Notes: generated by a model not told the origin, from the letters alone. Counted from the first letter of the stretch, positions 40,492-53,989 are shown. The stretch is DNA of 64,000 nucleotides from Cetorhinus maximus (GCF_964194155.1 NC_135907.1:3038001-3102000), one strand, 5' to 3'. Numbers and translations are program-made.

Positions 40492-41193
40492 CTGCAATTG
40501 AAAAATATTATGGAGTCACAGGTTATGAAAGACCACTCACCAAACATATATCAGGATTTTAACTCTGTACTTAAGTACAACAAACAGACAGCAAACATTT
40601 ACCTTGAAGCAAAGAGAAAAAAATAAGTTAAATAGTGGATTTTAAGTTGGCACTTTATCAAATACTAATTCTGTGGATTAATGATAATGATAATGCTTAC
40701 ACAATGTTAGTGGATTAAAAGGCTGATGGAATGATTCAACAATGACTGACATAGGTGACCAAAACTCATGATAGAGCTCCTCTTGTTTGAATCAGAATAT
40801 CACTGAGCCATGGATAGGGTTAAAAACAAATTTTAAAATCTTGGCAGTCAAAATTCAATCATCCATTTGCAACCGACAATTATCAGTTAATCCTTTACCA
40901 CTTAAAAACTGTAGTAAATTAATTTAATGGCGGTGGAAGCAGATTCAATAGTGACTTTCAAAAGGGAATTGGATAAATATGTGAAGGGGAATCATTTTGC
41001 AGGGTTTATGGGGCAAGAGGAGGCGAGTGAGATTAATTGAATGGTTCTAACAAAGAGGACCAGACACGAAAGGCCTCTCTCTGTGCTGTATGAATATATG
41101 ATTCGGAAGATTTGATATGTCACCCTCACTTGTTCCGTGTACACCCGGCTGCTACCGCTCATAAAAACATCCACAAAAAACTTTGCTGCTTAC

Positions 41194-41256
41194 CTTCGCA
41201 TAAAGATAGGACTCATCAACTGGAGCCTTGGATGAAAGCATTGTGCTGATGAAAGC
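41194..41256 (-). CDS. XPNPEP3: XPNPEP3 exon 5 (AFISTMLSSKAPVDESYLYAK)
   Basis: ttttcag| acceptor, |gtaagc donor, 63 nt. Confidence 0.94.
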
Positions 41257-41699
41257 CTGAAAATAAACAGATAGCCTTGAATCGGCTCCTCAGTAACTTG
41301 GACATTTTGCAAAATACAGAGCAGCAGTAGCTGAACAACATAACCTCAGAACCAGAGGCACTGGGCTAAGCACACACAGATCTGAGACTCATCGGAGTAG
41401 AAATTAGTACGCAGTGTGCCCTTTTCTCGGGTGTAAAGTACAACCATTTAGCAGTGGAGTGTGTCCTGTCCAGAAGACAGGAAGGAAAAAATATATATTA
41501 ATACATCTCTCTCTCTCTCTCTACATCAACCTGGCTACTTTATAAAATTATTATTTTAAAAATGGGCAAGGCTTTACCCTGACTAGCCATTACTCATACC
41601 AGAGGAATTTCTAACCTTTACACAAATGGCAGAAACTCGTTGTATCTAAAAAGGTGTTAATGCACCCCTGGAACTGCACAAAGCCTCTTTACATTTCTA

Positions 41700-42484
41700 A
41701 AGAATTCTAGCCACCAGAGGCAGTATGTTTGCAAAAGACAAAAGGGACCCTGACTCCTCTATTAAACATCTCAAGATTCCAGGCCTGGGAAAATACATCC
41801 TTTATCCAAGACCCAGGAGAAGTGGTGGGAGGTATGTCACATGACACCCCCCCCCCCACCCCAAGCCACTAGAACTTGCAATATTACCGTGGGGAAATAT
41901 CGTCTAACAGGTAGCAGTAGAAAGTGCTCTGTCCAGGTGAAGTGCCTGGCTCTCATCTACACCGTGAACTACTGGAACATTGGAACTTCTGTATCTGTGC
42001 CTTTAAGACTAATTCATCTCTACGTGCCTTCTCCCATCGTGGAAGTCCTCGCTTCTGGAAAATGGAACCACCCTGCAACAGTTCCAGCCAGCTAACCTCT
42101 GAAGGAATACATCACTGGATTTTTCATTCGTGGACTCAATGTGAACATAACTCTTATTTTTATTGTGGTCTTGCCCTGTACCCCTTTCTTTCCCTTATCC
42201 CTCTTTTAAATGTATTAGTGCAAAAAGGGTTGGACGTTGTGAAACTCCTTTCTTGTGTTTTGTATGTGCGCGTGTGCGCAAAATAAACCGACCTCTTATT
42301 TTACCTTAAGTTTGCTGTGGGATTATTAATAGAGGATCGGATCACTCCAAACTGAAGGGTTGGGGAAAATACGCCAACACTTATAAAGGGGGAAATCAGA
42401 AATCAAAAACACCTTTCTGTTTATGGATGGATAGCGAAAGGAGAAATCAGGGCTGTTCAAATTAATCCCCTGCAGTCCGTAACG
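41700..42484 (+). mobile_element. Possible LTR remnant
   Basis: AATAAA ~42282 followed by a U5-like stretch ending ccgtaac; 5' end not defined. Confidence 0.3.
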
Positions 42485-43454
42485 AATGACAGTGGGCCAA
42501 TCTGTGCAGGCATCGGTTCCACTGCAAAATTTATGGGGTGCGTTTTTTAGGTGATCCAGACTGATGGCTAAGACATTTGTCATATGTTCATCCCCTTGCA
42601 TAATCTTAATGAGAAGCTAATTGCCTGGTTTAGGAAGCCCTGTCTGGTATTGGGCTGCCCTGAATGCAGCTGGGAACTCGGTCTACTATGCTCAGGATAC
42701 CCAGGTTTCCATTCAGCCTAACTGGCGATCCCGAAAGGGGCTGCTGGAGGTCGCCACCAAAAATGTAAGATTCTCATAAAAAATCCTTACTTCTCTAGGC
42801 TGCACTGCAGTCCAGAAGGTAACTGTGCTGCCCACGGCCCCCTCCTGGCTGTATTCCCCCCTCCTCCAGACATGCTTTTCACCAGTGAGCTGCCTGGGGA
42901 TGCCCAGTAGGCATCAGCTGTTCACCAGTCTAACTTCGATGAGGCCCAAGGTCCAGTTTCAATCAGGCCTCAGGGCTTCCTGTCCGGCGCTTAGATCGCT
43001 CTCTGCAAACAGCTCGTGCCTGTGATTCTGACCCCATCAGATCTCTTGCCACTTAGAAGTCTGCCGAAGAGATGAGTAGAACCCACTAACCTTTGGTGGC
43101 GTGGGTAGTCAACTGAGACTCAATGCAGACTTGGATCTCCCAGTGTACATTACAACCAACATGCTGGCAATTGCTGTAACTTAACGGCTTCACGTTAGGG
43201 TTGTTGAACAAAAGGATTATCTTTTGTAGGAATAAGCAGGCCTCTTCTTGATTAATTCACCATGCCCATTTTAAAGCTGAGTGGGGGACCGGGGAGATCC
43301 GAGTCTCAATTGCCAGACTATGAATTGTGATAGTCATGGGGCGGGGTGGGGGGCAATACAATTGGTGCCCCTCACTTACAGAAGGGAAAATTAGCTAGTG
43401 TTCCTGCTCCAGGTTGCTAATCACTAAGTCTTGCTAGAAAGGGCATCAGTTAAT

Positions 43455-45075
43455 AGGAACATAGGAAACAAGAGGCCATTTGGCCTCTCAAGCCTGCTCC
43501 ACCATTCAACTAGATCATGGCTGATCTTGTATCTCAACGTCATCTTCCTGCATTATCTCCGTATGCTTGATATCTTTAATATCTAGAAATCTATCGATCT
43601 CTGTCTGGAACATGCTCAATGAATGGGCTTCCACAGCCCTCTAGGGTAGAGATTTCCAAAGATTCACCACCCTCTGAGTGAAGAAATTCCTCCTCATCTC
43701 AGTCCTGAATGACCTGCCCCTTATTCTGAGACTGTGCGCCCTGGTTCTTGAGCCCCCAGCCAGGGGAAACATCCTTCCTGCATCTACTCTGTCGAGCTCT
43801 GTAAGAATTTTGTATGGTTCAGTGAGATCGCTTATCATTCTTCTAAATTCTAGAGAATACAGGCCCAGTCTCCTCAATCTCTCCTCATAGGACAATACCG
43901 CCAACCCAGGGATCAGTCTGGTGAATCTTCGTTGCACTTCCTCTATGGCAAATATATGTTTCCTTAGATAAGGAGACCAAAACTGTACACAATACTCCAG
44001 ATGTAGTCTCACTTAGGCTCTATACAATTGCACAAATGCTTCTTTACTCCTGTGCTCAAATCCTCTTGCAATAAAGGTCAACATACCATTTGCCTTCCTA
44101 ATTGCTTGCTGCATGCTGGCTCTCAGTGACTCATGAACAATGACACCCAGGTCCCTTTGGACATCAACGCTTCCCAATCTCTCACCAGTTAAGAAATACT
44201 CTGCATTTCTGTGGATAACTTCACATTTTTCCACGTTATATTCCATCTGCTCTGTTCTTGCTCACACACTTAGCCTGCAAAATCATCTTGAAGCCTCTTT
44301 GCATCCTCCTCACAACCCCATTCCCACCTAGTTTTGCGTTATCAGCAAACTTGGAGATATATTTGATCCCCGCATCTAAATCATTAAAATAGGTTGAATA
44401 GCTGGGGCCCAAGCACTGATCCTTGTGTTATCCTGCAAATCTGAGAATAACCCATTTATTCCTACTCTTGTTTTCTGTCTGTTGACTAATTCTGAACACA
44501 TGCCAGCATATTACTCCCAATCCCACCTGCTCTAATTTTGTTTACTAACCTCCTATGTGGGACCTTATCGAAAGCCTTCTTAAAATCCAAATACACCACA
44601 TTTACCGGTTCCCCCTTATCTATTCTGCTTCTCACATTCTCAAAAAACTCCAACATGATTTTCTTTTAGACATGATGGGCTGAATGGCCTCTTTCTGTGC
44701 CTAACTTTGCTGTGGTTCAATGTTTGTCAAACATGTTTTCCTTTTCACAAATTCATGTTGATTCTGCCCAATCGTCTCATTATTTTCTAAGTGTGCAGCT
44801 ATCACATCCTTTATTATAGATTCTAGCATTTTCCCCACTACTGATGTCAGGCTAACAGGTCTGTAGTTCCCTGTTTTCTCTCTCTCTCCCCTTTCTCAAA
44901 TAGCAGGGTTACATTTGCTACCTTCCAATCTGCAGGAACCATTCCAGAAACTATAGAAATTTGAAAGATGACCACCAACACATCCACTGTATCTACAGCC
45001 ACCTCTTTCAACACTCTGGGATACAGATCATCAACTCCAGGTGATTTATCAACTTTCAGTCCCATTAATTTCTCC
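43455..45075 (-). mobile_element. CR1 LINE fragment
   Basis: ORFs 43641..44012, 44013..44246 and 44847..45251 give CR1 ORF2 pieces (KSPGVDDLYPRVLKE, VPADWKVANVT, HLEYCVQFWSP). Confidence 0.92.
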
Positions 45076-45459
45076 ATGACTGGGTTGGGGTTCACTGTCC
45101 ACACGCACTGCCTGTCCTTGAACAGGATGATGCTCCCTTGGGTGAGGTAATGTGTGGGTGTTGCTGCCAAGAACTTTGGGGCTGTACTGGAGACCGGTGC
45201 CTTCAGAAGTGAAAGTGTGACGAAAATATTTGTAGCATACAAACAGGCCATTCGTCCAATCGATGCTGGTGTTCATGCTCCACATGAGCCTCCTCCCGCT
45301 CTACTTCATCTGTCCCCATGCCTTTCTCCCTCATGTTTATCCCCCTTAAGTGCATCTTTGCTATTTGCCCCAATTACTCCATGTGGTAGCGAGTTCCACA
45401 CACTCACCACTCTCTGAGCAAAGAGGCTGAATTCCCTACTGGATTAATTAGTGACTCTG

Positions 45460-47520
45460 GGCTGATCAGTTTAATCTTGGTGGTGGGAAAGATTTTAGGA
45501 ATGATCATTTGGAACAAAATTAACAGTCACATGGGCAAAAGCATTAGAGACAGTGCAGAAAAGCTTCAACAGGATGGCTCCAGGGATGAGGAAATTCAAT
45601 TACGTAGAAATATTGGAGAAGTTTGGACTGTTCTCCTTGGAGAAGATCGAGAGGAGATCTGATAGAGGTGTTCAAAATCATGAGGGGTCTGGCCAGAGCA
45701 GATAGGGAGAAACTGTTCCCATTGGTGCAAGGAGCGAGAACAAAAGGGCACAGATTTAAGGCAATTGACAAGAGAAGCAATGGAGACATGGGGATAAACT
45801 TCTACACGCAGCGAGTGGTCAAGATCTGGAATGCACTGCCTGAATGTGGGGGAAGCAGACTCAATCCAGGTTTCAAAAGGGAATTGGATTATTGTCCGAA
45901 AGAAAATAAAAATCAGGATTATGGGGAAATGGAAGGGGAATGGCACTCAGTGAACTGCCAGCACGAATAAGATGGACTGTCTATGCTGGAATCATGCTAT
46001 GATCCTAAATGTGGATTAATTAAGGAAAATCAGCAGGGATTTGTTAAGAGCAAATGGTGTTTAACTTGCTTGAATTTTCTGATGAAGTGAGAGAGGGTTT
46101 GTGAGAATAATGTGGTTGATGTGGTGTACATGGACTTTTAAAAAGCATTTGGTAAAGTGCCACATAACAGGCTTGTCAGCAAAGTTAGGGCTCATGGAAT
46201 AAAAGGGAGAGTAGTAGCATGGTTACGAAAATGGCTGAGTGACAGGAAACAGACAGTAGTGGTGACTGGTTGTTTTTCGACTGGAGGAAAGTATATAGTG
46301 GGATTCCCCAGGGGCCAGTGTTTGGATTCCCTGCCTTTCTTGATCTATATTAATGACTTAGACATGATTTCAAGTTCGTGAATAGCGCAAAACATGGAAG
46401 TGTTGTGAACTGTGAGGAAGATAGTGATAAACCTCAACATGACATAGACAGGCTGGTGGAATGGGTGGACAAGTGGCAGATGAAATTGAATGCAGAGATG
46501 TCTGAAGTGATTCATTTTGGTAGGAAGAATGAGGAAAGGCTAGATAAAATAAAGAGTATATTCCTAAAGCGAGTGCAGGAGGGAGGAACCTTGGGGTATA
46601 TGTGAACAAATCATTGAAGGCGGCAGGGCAGTTGAGTAAGTGGCTAATAAGGCACCTGGGATCCTATATATAGAAGCATAGAATACAAAAGCAAGGAAGC
46701 TATGTTAAACCTGTATAAAACACTGGTCTGGCCTCGACTAGAGTATTGTGTCCAGTTCTAAGCACCGCACTTTATGATGAATGTAATGGCGTTAGAACGC
46801 AGAAGAGATTCACAAGAATGGTTCCACAGTTCAGTTACATGCATAAATAGGAGAATATGGGGATTTTCTTCTTGGAGAGAGATGGTTAAGAGGAGATTTG
46901 TTAAAAGTGCTCTAAAATTGAGGGGTCTGGACAGAGTAGTTAGGGAGAATAAAAGCAAAAAACTGCGGATGCTGGAAATCCAAAACAAAAACAAAAACAC
47001 CTGGAAAAACTCAGTAGGTCTGGCAGCATCTGTGGAGAGGAACACAGTTAACGTTTCGAGTCCGCGTGACTCTTCAGCAGAACAGACTCTTCTGTTGAAG
47101 AGTCACGCGGACTCGAAACGTTAACTGTGTTCCTCTCCACAGATGCTGCCAGACCTGCTGAGTTTTTCCAGGTACTTTTGTTTTTGTTTTTGATAGGGAG
47201 AAACTGTTTCCATTGACAGAAGAAGATTTGAGAAACAGAGGATATCGATTTATGGTGATTGGCAAAAGAAGCAACGGTAGCATGAGGGAAAACTTTTTCA
47301 GGCAGTGAGTGATTAGGACTGGAATGCACTCCCTGAGTGTGGTGGAGGCAGATTCAATTGAAACCTCTGAAAGAGAATTGGATAACTATCTGAAGAGAAA
47401 ATATCTGCAGGACTATGGCGATAAGATGGGTGAGTGGGACTAGGTGAGTTGCTCTTGCAGGGAGCCAGCATGGACACAGCAGGCTGAATGGCTTTCTCTG
47501 TGCTTGTAACCTTTCTATGA
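45460..47520 (+). mobile_element. Nested, decayed CR1 LINE fragments
   Basis: VPHNRLVSKVRAHGI, WVDKWQMKLN and RGDLIEVFKIMRG segments. Confidence 0.88.
46950..47193. mobile_element. Penelope-like fold-back insertion with two head-to-head hammerhead-like motifs
   Basis: ~100-bp inverted arms 46981-47082/47090-47192 with a 7-bp spacer; TSD tagggagaa at 46941-46949 and 47194-47202 in the host CR1. Confidence 0.8.
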
Positions 47521-47649
47521 TCTTATATTTGTGGCATCTAGTTTTGGGGTCCTCTCCAAGTGGAAACTGGAAAAAATGAAGATTGATCCTCTCTTCAACA
47601 GAAACACCATTCCTATAAGCCCTGCTCCCCATACTCTGTTATAACCTAC

Positions 47650-47852
47650 CTCGGAGGTAATCTTTGCAGCCATCTTCATGAGTGCAATCTCCGTGTCCGA
47701 CTTAATGAGCCGTAGGTATTGAACAAGTCTCTGAACTGGCTGGACAGTGTTGCTGCTTTGAGTCTTAGTATCTATAAAGGGCTGCATGTATTCCTTGTAT
47801 AACCCTGGGTGAACAGCTGACCCATTGTCGTACCACACCGTGCAGCCTTCAT
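47650..47852 (-). CDS. XPNPEP3: XPNPEP3 exon 4 (DEGCTVWYD...LRLIKSDTEIALMKMAAKITSE)
   Basis: caaatag| acceptor after a pyrimidine tract, |gtaggt donor, 203 nt. Confidence 0.96.
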
Positions 47853-48299
47853 CTATTTGAGAAATGGAAAGGAGACAGAGGCAATTCTTTGGTCAGTACA
47901 GTGTAACAACTTTCATTCATATAGTGTCTTTGACATAGTGCTTGATAGAAGCGTTATTGAACAAAATTTGACACTGAGCTCATACGTTGATATTAGACCC
48001 AAAGCTTGTTCAAAGAGGTAGGTTTCAACTCAAAAGCAAACAAGAAGCATTATTGTAATCTGGAGCATACGGCTCTGCTCTGAGCTGCTGCCTAAAAGCC
48101 AGCTGGGTGCAGGTTTGTGGATTTCCCTGCAATCTTTCCAACTTGATCCTACCACACAGGAATCGCACTCCCCATTCAGTCATCAGCTGTTTGCCTCCTT
48201 TGCTGCAGGAGAGTTAGTCCCATTATCGACTGGCTGGGAGGGAAACAGCATGTCTGACTGCTCTCTCAGTAGTGCATGGGGACAGAGGTGGAACAGAAT

Positions 48300-50040
48300 C
48301 ATACAGCACTAAAATAGGACATTCAGCCCATCATGGTTGTCTTGGTTCGCTGAAAGAGCGATGCAATGAGTCCTGCCCCCCTGCTCTTTCCCCATAATCC
48401 TGCAAAATTTTCCCATCAAGTATTTATCCAATTCCCTTGTGAAAGTTACTACTGAGTCTGCTTCGAGCACCCTTTCAGCTAGTGCAGTCTAAAAGTATCT
48501 CGTCTTTCCCCATGGCTTTTTGGTCAATTATCTTAAATCTGTGTGCTCCAGTTATTGACCCCTTGCTAATAGAAACAGTTTCTCCCTATCTGCTCTATCA
48601 AAGCCCCACATAATTTTGGAGACCTCTATCAAATCTTCTCTTAACCTCTCTGCTCAAAGGAGGATAATCTCAGATTCTTCCATCTCTCCATATAATTAAA
48701 ATCCCTCATCCCTGGTACCATTCTGGTAAATATCCTCTGCAGCCTATACAAGACTTAACATCCTTAATAAAGCGGGGTGCCCAGAATTTGACCCAATCCC
48801 CCAACTGAGGTCTAACCAGTGATTTAGAAAGGTTTAGAATAACCCTCTTGCTTTTGTACTCGATGTCTCTGCTTTTAAAGCCAATGTTCCCCTCGCCTTT
48901 CTTAACAGATTGATAAACTTGTCCTGCCACCTTCAAAGATTTTTTACTAGTTTGAATTCTGCCTGGAGTATTCCAGATTAACCTTTTCCATGCCAAAAAC
49001 CATCTTCCGAGCCTCTGTAAAATCACAACTCAGGTACTTGCTTTCTAAGTTGAAATTCCAGGCCTCTCCAGTATCGATAGATACTGCCCTGTCCATATGG
49101 ACATGTTTTCAGTCATGTTTAGGTCTGCACAGACCCTTCTGTCACTCCTCAGGAAAGAGGGCAGCAAGGTGCTCAACGATTGCTAACTCTTTGCCTTCCT
49201 GCAGCACCACCCATAAGAAGGAAGAGGGCTTACAATGCTTTACATTAAGGAGGAAAAACATTGCATTATGGAGGGAAAAAAGGGCTACGACTAGGGTGGA
49301 CCTTTATTCCTTTCATCATCTTGACCTGCCACCTTCAAAGGGTGGGTATGTGAGCCCCAGGTCTTTCTGTTCCTGCAATCCACTGGAAAATCGCTGCATC
49401 TGGTTTATATTGCCACTCCTCATCTGCCTTCCAGAATGCATCACTTCACAATTCCATTACATTTCATCTGCCATTTCACCAGAGTTACATCTCCCTGAAG
49501 TCTGCTACTTTCCTCCTCACTATGTTCTACATTTCCAACTATGTATCATCTGCAAACTTTGAAGTTATCCCTTGGTACCCAAGTCCAGGCCAGTAATATA
49601 TATCAAAAAGAGCAGTGGTCCGAATACTGACCCCCTGGGAGACAATATTATACGCTCCCTCCAGTTTGGAAAACAGCTCTTCACTATTACTCTCTTTTTT
49701 CAGTCTTGTGGACAATTTTGTGTCCACACTGCCACTGCCCCTTTAATTTCATGGGCTTCAATTTTGTTAACAAATCTATCATGTGGTACTTTATCAAACA
49801 CCTTTTGAAAGTCCACATCCACATTGACTGCACTACCTTTATCAATCCTGTCCATTGTTTCATGGAAGAATTCAATCAAGTTAGTCCGAGACTACTGGCC
49901 TTTAACAAATTCATGTCAGCTGTCATTTATTAACCTGTTCTTCCAAATGACAACGAATTTTGTCTCAGATTATTGTCTCTAGAAAATTCACATCACAGAC
50001 ATTAGGCTAACTGGCCGGTACCTTATCTCGCCCCTTTTTT
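48300..50040 (-). mobile_element. Decayed CR1 LINE fragment
   Basis: ORF 48706..49026 (LVRPQLGDWVKFWAP) and ORF 49539..49727 (SKFADDT). Confidence 0.85.
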
Positions 50041-51719
50041 GAACACAAGAAAAATCAAGAAAAAATCAGGAAAAAATAAGTGACTGAAAAAAAATCAAGG
50101 TTGGCAGAAATTACTTCCATTGTGACATTCGAGTATTCTGAGGTTGGCTGGTTAATCATCAACATTCCCCCACAGCACTGCAGACTTGCTGACCTCCAAT
50201 ATCAGATCACAAACTTTACCGCACACGATTGACTCAGTTCTAGTCTCCACATTTCTTCTTTTAGGGTCAACATAGTCCAAAGAGGCTCTGATTACTTCCA
50301 CCAACCTCCCTCGGTGGGGGGCGGGGGCGGTGGTTAATACCTGGTCACTGGAAACTGACATGTTTGAACTCTTGCTAGGTTGAGAAGAACAATTGACCAG
50401 CAAATATAAACCCAGACTGGACATTTACATCAAGCCATTTGAACAGTCTTTCCACCATTTGTAGGTGCAGTACTTCAGCAGCAACTTTAGATCTCTCTGA
50501 ATTTCAACTGAACCCCTGGAAATGCACATGCAGAATCATACAGCCCATTTGTCATTCAGCCCATCTGAAGAGCCCTCCAATTATTCCGACTCCCTTGATT
50601 TTTGCTAGTGACTCTGAAAATGTTTCCTTTCAACAATGACTTATATATAATATATATCTATATAGCATTAAATAACACAATAAAACTTCCAAAGGTGATT
50701 TACAGGAACATTACAAAACAAAGTCTGACCTCGAGTCACATAGGGAGATATTAGGCTAGATGACCAAAAGCTTGGTCAAAGTGGGAGGTTTTAAAGTGTG
50801 TGAGAAAAGGGGAAGGCGAGGTACAGAGGAGGAGAGGTATTGGGGGGGTATTCCAGAGCTCAGGGCCCAAGCAACTGAAGGTGCCGCCGCTAATGGTGGA
50901 GCGAATATGACTGGAGATGCGCAAGAGGCTAGAGTTAAAGGATCGCAGATCTCTGGGGGTTGTGAGGCTGGAGCAGATTACAGAGTCTTTTTATTCTTTC
51001 ATGGGATGTGGGGATTAGCCTGGGCGTCTGGATTACTAATCCAGTGACATTATCACCACGTCACCATCTCACTGATAGGGAGGAGTGAGAGCATGAAGGG
51101 ATTATGTAGAGGTCCAGTTCCTTTTTGAAATGTAATATTGAATCTGCTTCCAACACACTTTCAGCCAGTGCATTCTGGATCACAGTAAAACCATTTCTCT
51201 TAATCTTCACCCCCACCTGATTCTTAGACCAATTATTTGAAATGTGCTCTCTTATTATTAACCCTCCTGCTGGTGGAATAAATTTCTCCCCATTTGTCCT
51301 ATCAAAACTGATTGAATTTTGAACACATTTTATTAAATCTCTTTTTAAACTCCTCTGCTCTTAAGGAGAACCTCTCTAATCTCTCCAGATAACTGAAATC
51401 CCTCATCTCTGGTACTATTCTAGTAAATCTCCTCCACACCCTTTCCAAGGCTTGAAGGTCCTGTTTTATTGCGTACATGATTGCATAGCTGGAGCCCAGC
51501 AGCAGTCAGCCTAACTTTCTGAATGGCCCCACTGGTTACCTAACAAACATCTGGCCTCCGCTGGTGCTTTGGACATTCAGGACTGCTCATCACCAAATGC
51601 TTAACCCTGGTCCTCGAATAAGGAGCTTTAACAAGGAGATTGAATCTGGGACTTTTCTGGTCTGTGTAGCTCATGCCACTAGGCATTGTGTTTACCAACA
51701 AATGCACTAGGAAAGCCCA

Positions 51720-53052
51720 AGAACACAAGAACTAGGGGCAGGAGTAGGCAATTCAGCCCCTCGAGCCTGCCCCGCCATTCATTACGATCATGGCTGATCT
51801 CATTTCGGCCTCAACTCCAATTTCCCTCCCTCTCCCCATAGCCTTTCAACCCATTACTAATTAAAAATCTGTCTATCTCCTCCTTAAATTTATTCAGCGT
51901 CCCGGCATCCACTGCACTCTGAGGTAGTGAATTCCACAGATTCACGACCCTTTGCGAAAAGTAATTCCTCCTCATCTCTGATTTAAATCTACCACCCCTT
52001 AGCCTAAAACTATGGCCTCTCGTTCTAGAATGTCCCACAAGGGGAAACATCTGCTCCACGTCTACTTTGTCTATCCCCTTTAGCTTCTTATATTCCTCAA
52101 TTAGATCTCCTCTCATCCTTCTAAACTCTAGCGAGTATAGGCCTAAACTACTCAATCTCTCCTCATAAGACAAGCCCCGCATCTCTGGAATCAATCTAGT
52201 GAACCTCCTCTGAACTGCCTCCAGTGCAACTACATCCTTCCTCAAGTAAGGGGACCAAAACTGTGCACAGTACTCCAGGTGCTGTCTCACCAATGCCTTG
52301 TACAGTTGCAACAACACTTCCTTATTTTTATACTCTATTCCTTTAGCAATAAATGCCAAAATTCCATTTGTCTTCCTTCTTACCTGCTGTACCTGCATAC
52401 TAGCTTTCAGTGATTCATGCACAAGGACACCCAGGTCCCTCTGCACTGATGCATTCTGAAGTTTCTCTCCATTTAAATAATAAGTGGCCTTTTTATTCTT
52501 CCGACCAAAATGGATAACCTCACACTTATCCACGTTAAACTCTATCTGCCAAATTCTGGCCCATTCACTGAACCTGTCCATATCCATTTGTAAATTTCTT
52601 ATTTCTTCATTGCAACTTACTTTCCCACCTATTTTGGTGTCTTCTGCAAATTTAGCTATGCAAAAGAAGATGCAAATCACTTCTGTTCATTTAATCATCC
52701 ATGTAAAACATTTACGGGTGGGGTGTGGGATCTGGATTGCTCCAGGCACCTTGCCCAGAGCGCTCCCAGGTCAGCAACAGTGCAGAGCTGACGTAGAGCT
52801 CCCTCTACTCTGCCCCTGCAGTGGATGCTAACCTCCAGCCTTCTATCCCTGAATCCAAGTCATTAATATAGATTGTAAATAGTTGGGGCCCAAGGACCGA
52901 ACCCTGTGGCACCCCACTAGTTACAGTTTGCCATCCAGAAAAAGACCCATTTATCTCGACTCTGCTTTCTGTTGGTTAGCCAATCCTCTATCCAAGCTAA
53001 TATATTACCCCTAACTCCGTGTGATCTTAACTTGTGTATTAATCTTTTGTGC
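51720..53052 (-). mobile_element. Relatively young CR1 LINE 3' fragment with an open RT C-terminal region (ORF 51811..52680)
   Basis: 289-aa ORF: KFAEDTK, FNVDKCEVIHFG, HLEYCAQFWSP, RGDLIE, FSQRVVNLWNSLP; 5'-truncated. Confidence 0.93.
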
Positions 53053-53581
53053 ACGGCATGGAATGCATTCTCAGGTCCTCATAGGTAAAATCACCCGCAG
53101 CGCCACACAAACTGATCTTAGTTATGAGCAGTTGTTGAGTAGCGGCAGATTACATTAATGTTTTAAAATTTGTCACAGAAAGATCAGGAAATTTACTGTT
53201 AAATTAAAATCCTAGCATGAACGTACGTCAAAAAGTAGCCTCGCGTCATTAGAAACATTGATGGGAATGAATCAACGGGAATGGCTACCAGCAAATGCAA
53301 ATCGCTTCTGTTCATTTAATCATCCGTGTAAAACATTTACGGGTGGGGTGTGGGATCTGGATTGCTCCAGGCGCCTTGCCCAGAGCACTCCCAGGTCAGT
53401 AACACTGCAGATCCGGCGTAGAGTTCCCTCTACTCAGCCCCTGCAGTGGAGGCTAACCTCCAGCCTCTAAATGGTGATCCTGGTCTGACATTTCCATTCC
53501 CCATAGAAACAATTCCTGTGGCCGTGCTGAATGAGGCTGTCACTCCAGATCCCACATGCACGAAAAGCAGACGTTACTGAC

Positions 53582-53989
53582 CTTTAAACCTCTGCACATA
53601 CTGTCCAAACTCCTCAGTAGCGTAGGCCTCGTCCACCCCTGTGAGGGAAACTGCACCATCTACCCCAGAGCGTGGGCCGTCCCATAGCTCTCGGTTCTGG
53701 TTCCTCCTTGGCACAAATAAGACAGTCTTGTGGGAAGGCAGGCTCTTTCCGGGAATACTGTGGAGCAGCAGAATGCTGTCCGGCTCCTGAAAGCCGCAGA
53801 GGTAAAGGAAGTTTGTGTTCTGGTGGAAGGGGAAAGGGATGTCGTTCGTCATGTAATAAGTGGGGTGGGACAGCAGAATGACGGCATGGTCAGAAGTCCC
53901 CAAGGTCTCGGCTTCTTTGTGGATCAGGCTCAGCAGTTTGTGTCGACGCAGGGCATATTCCACCTGCGACAACCCGGGTGTCACCTCGC
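53582..53989 (-). CDS. XPNPEP3: XPNPEP3 exon 3 ([16 protein letters not shown]...WDGPRSG...QRFK), aminopeptidase P N-terminal domain
   Basis: cttacag| acceptor, |gtcagt donor, 408 nt; overlaps ORF 53574..53984. Confidence 0.97.

Noticed and set aside
51811-52680. 289-aa ORF as a host gene or active retrotransposon
   Set aside because: 5'-truncated CR1 RT C-terminus with an altered catalytic motif (FAED); its apparent start lies in the templated insertion
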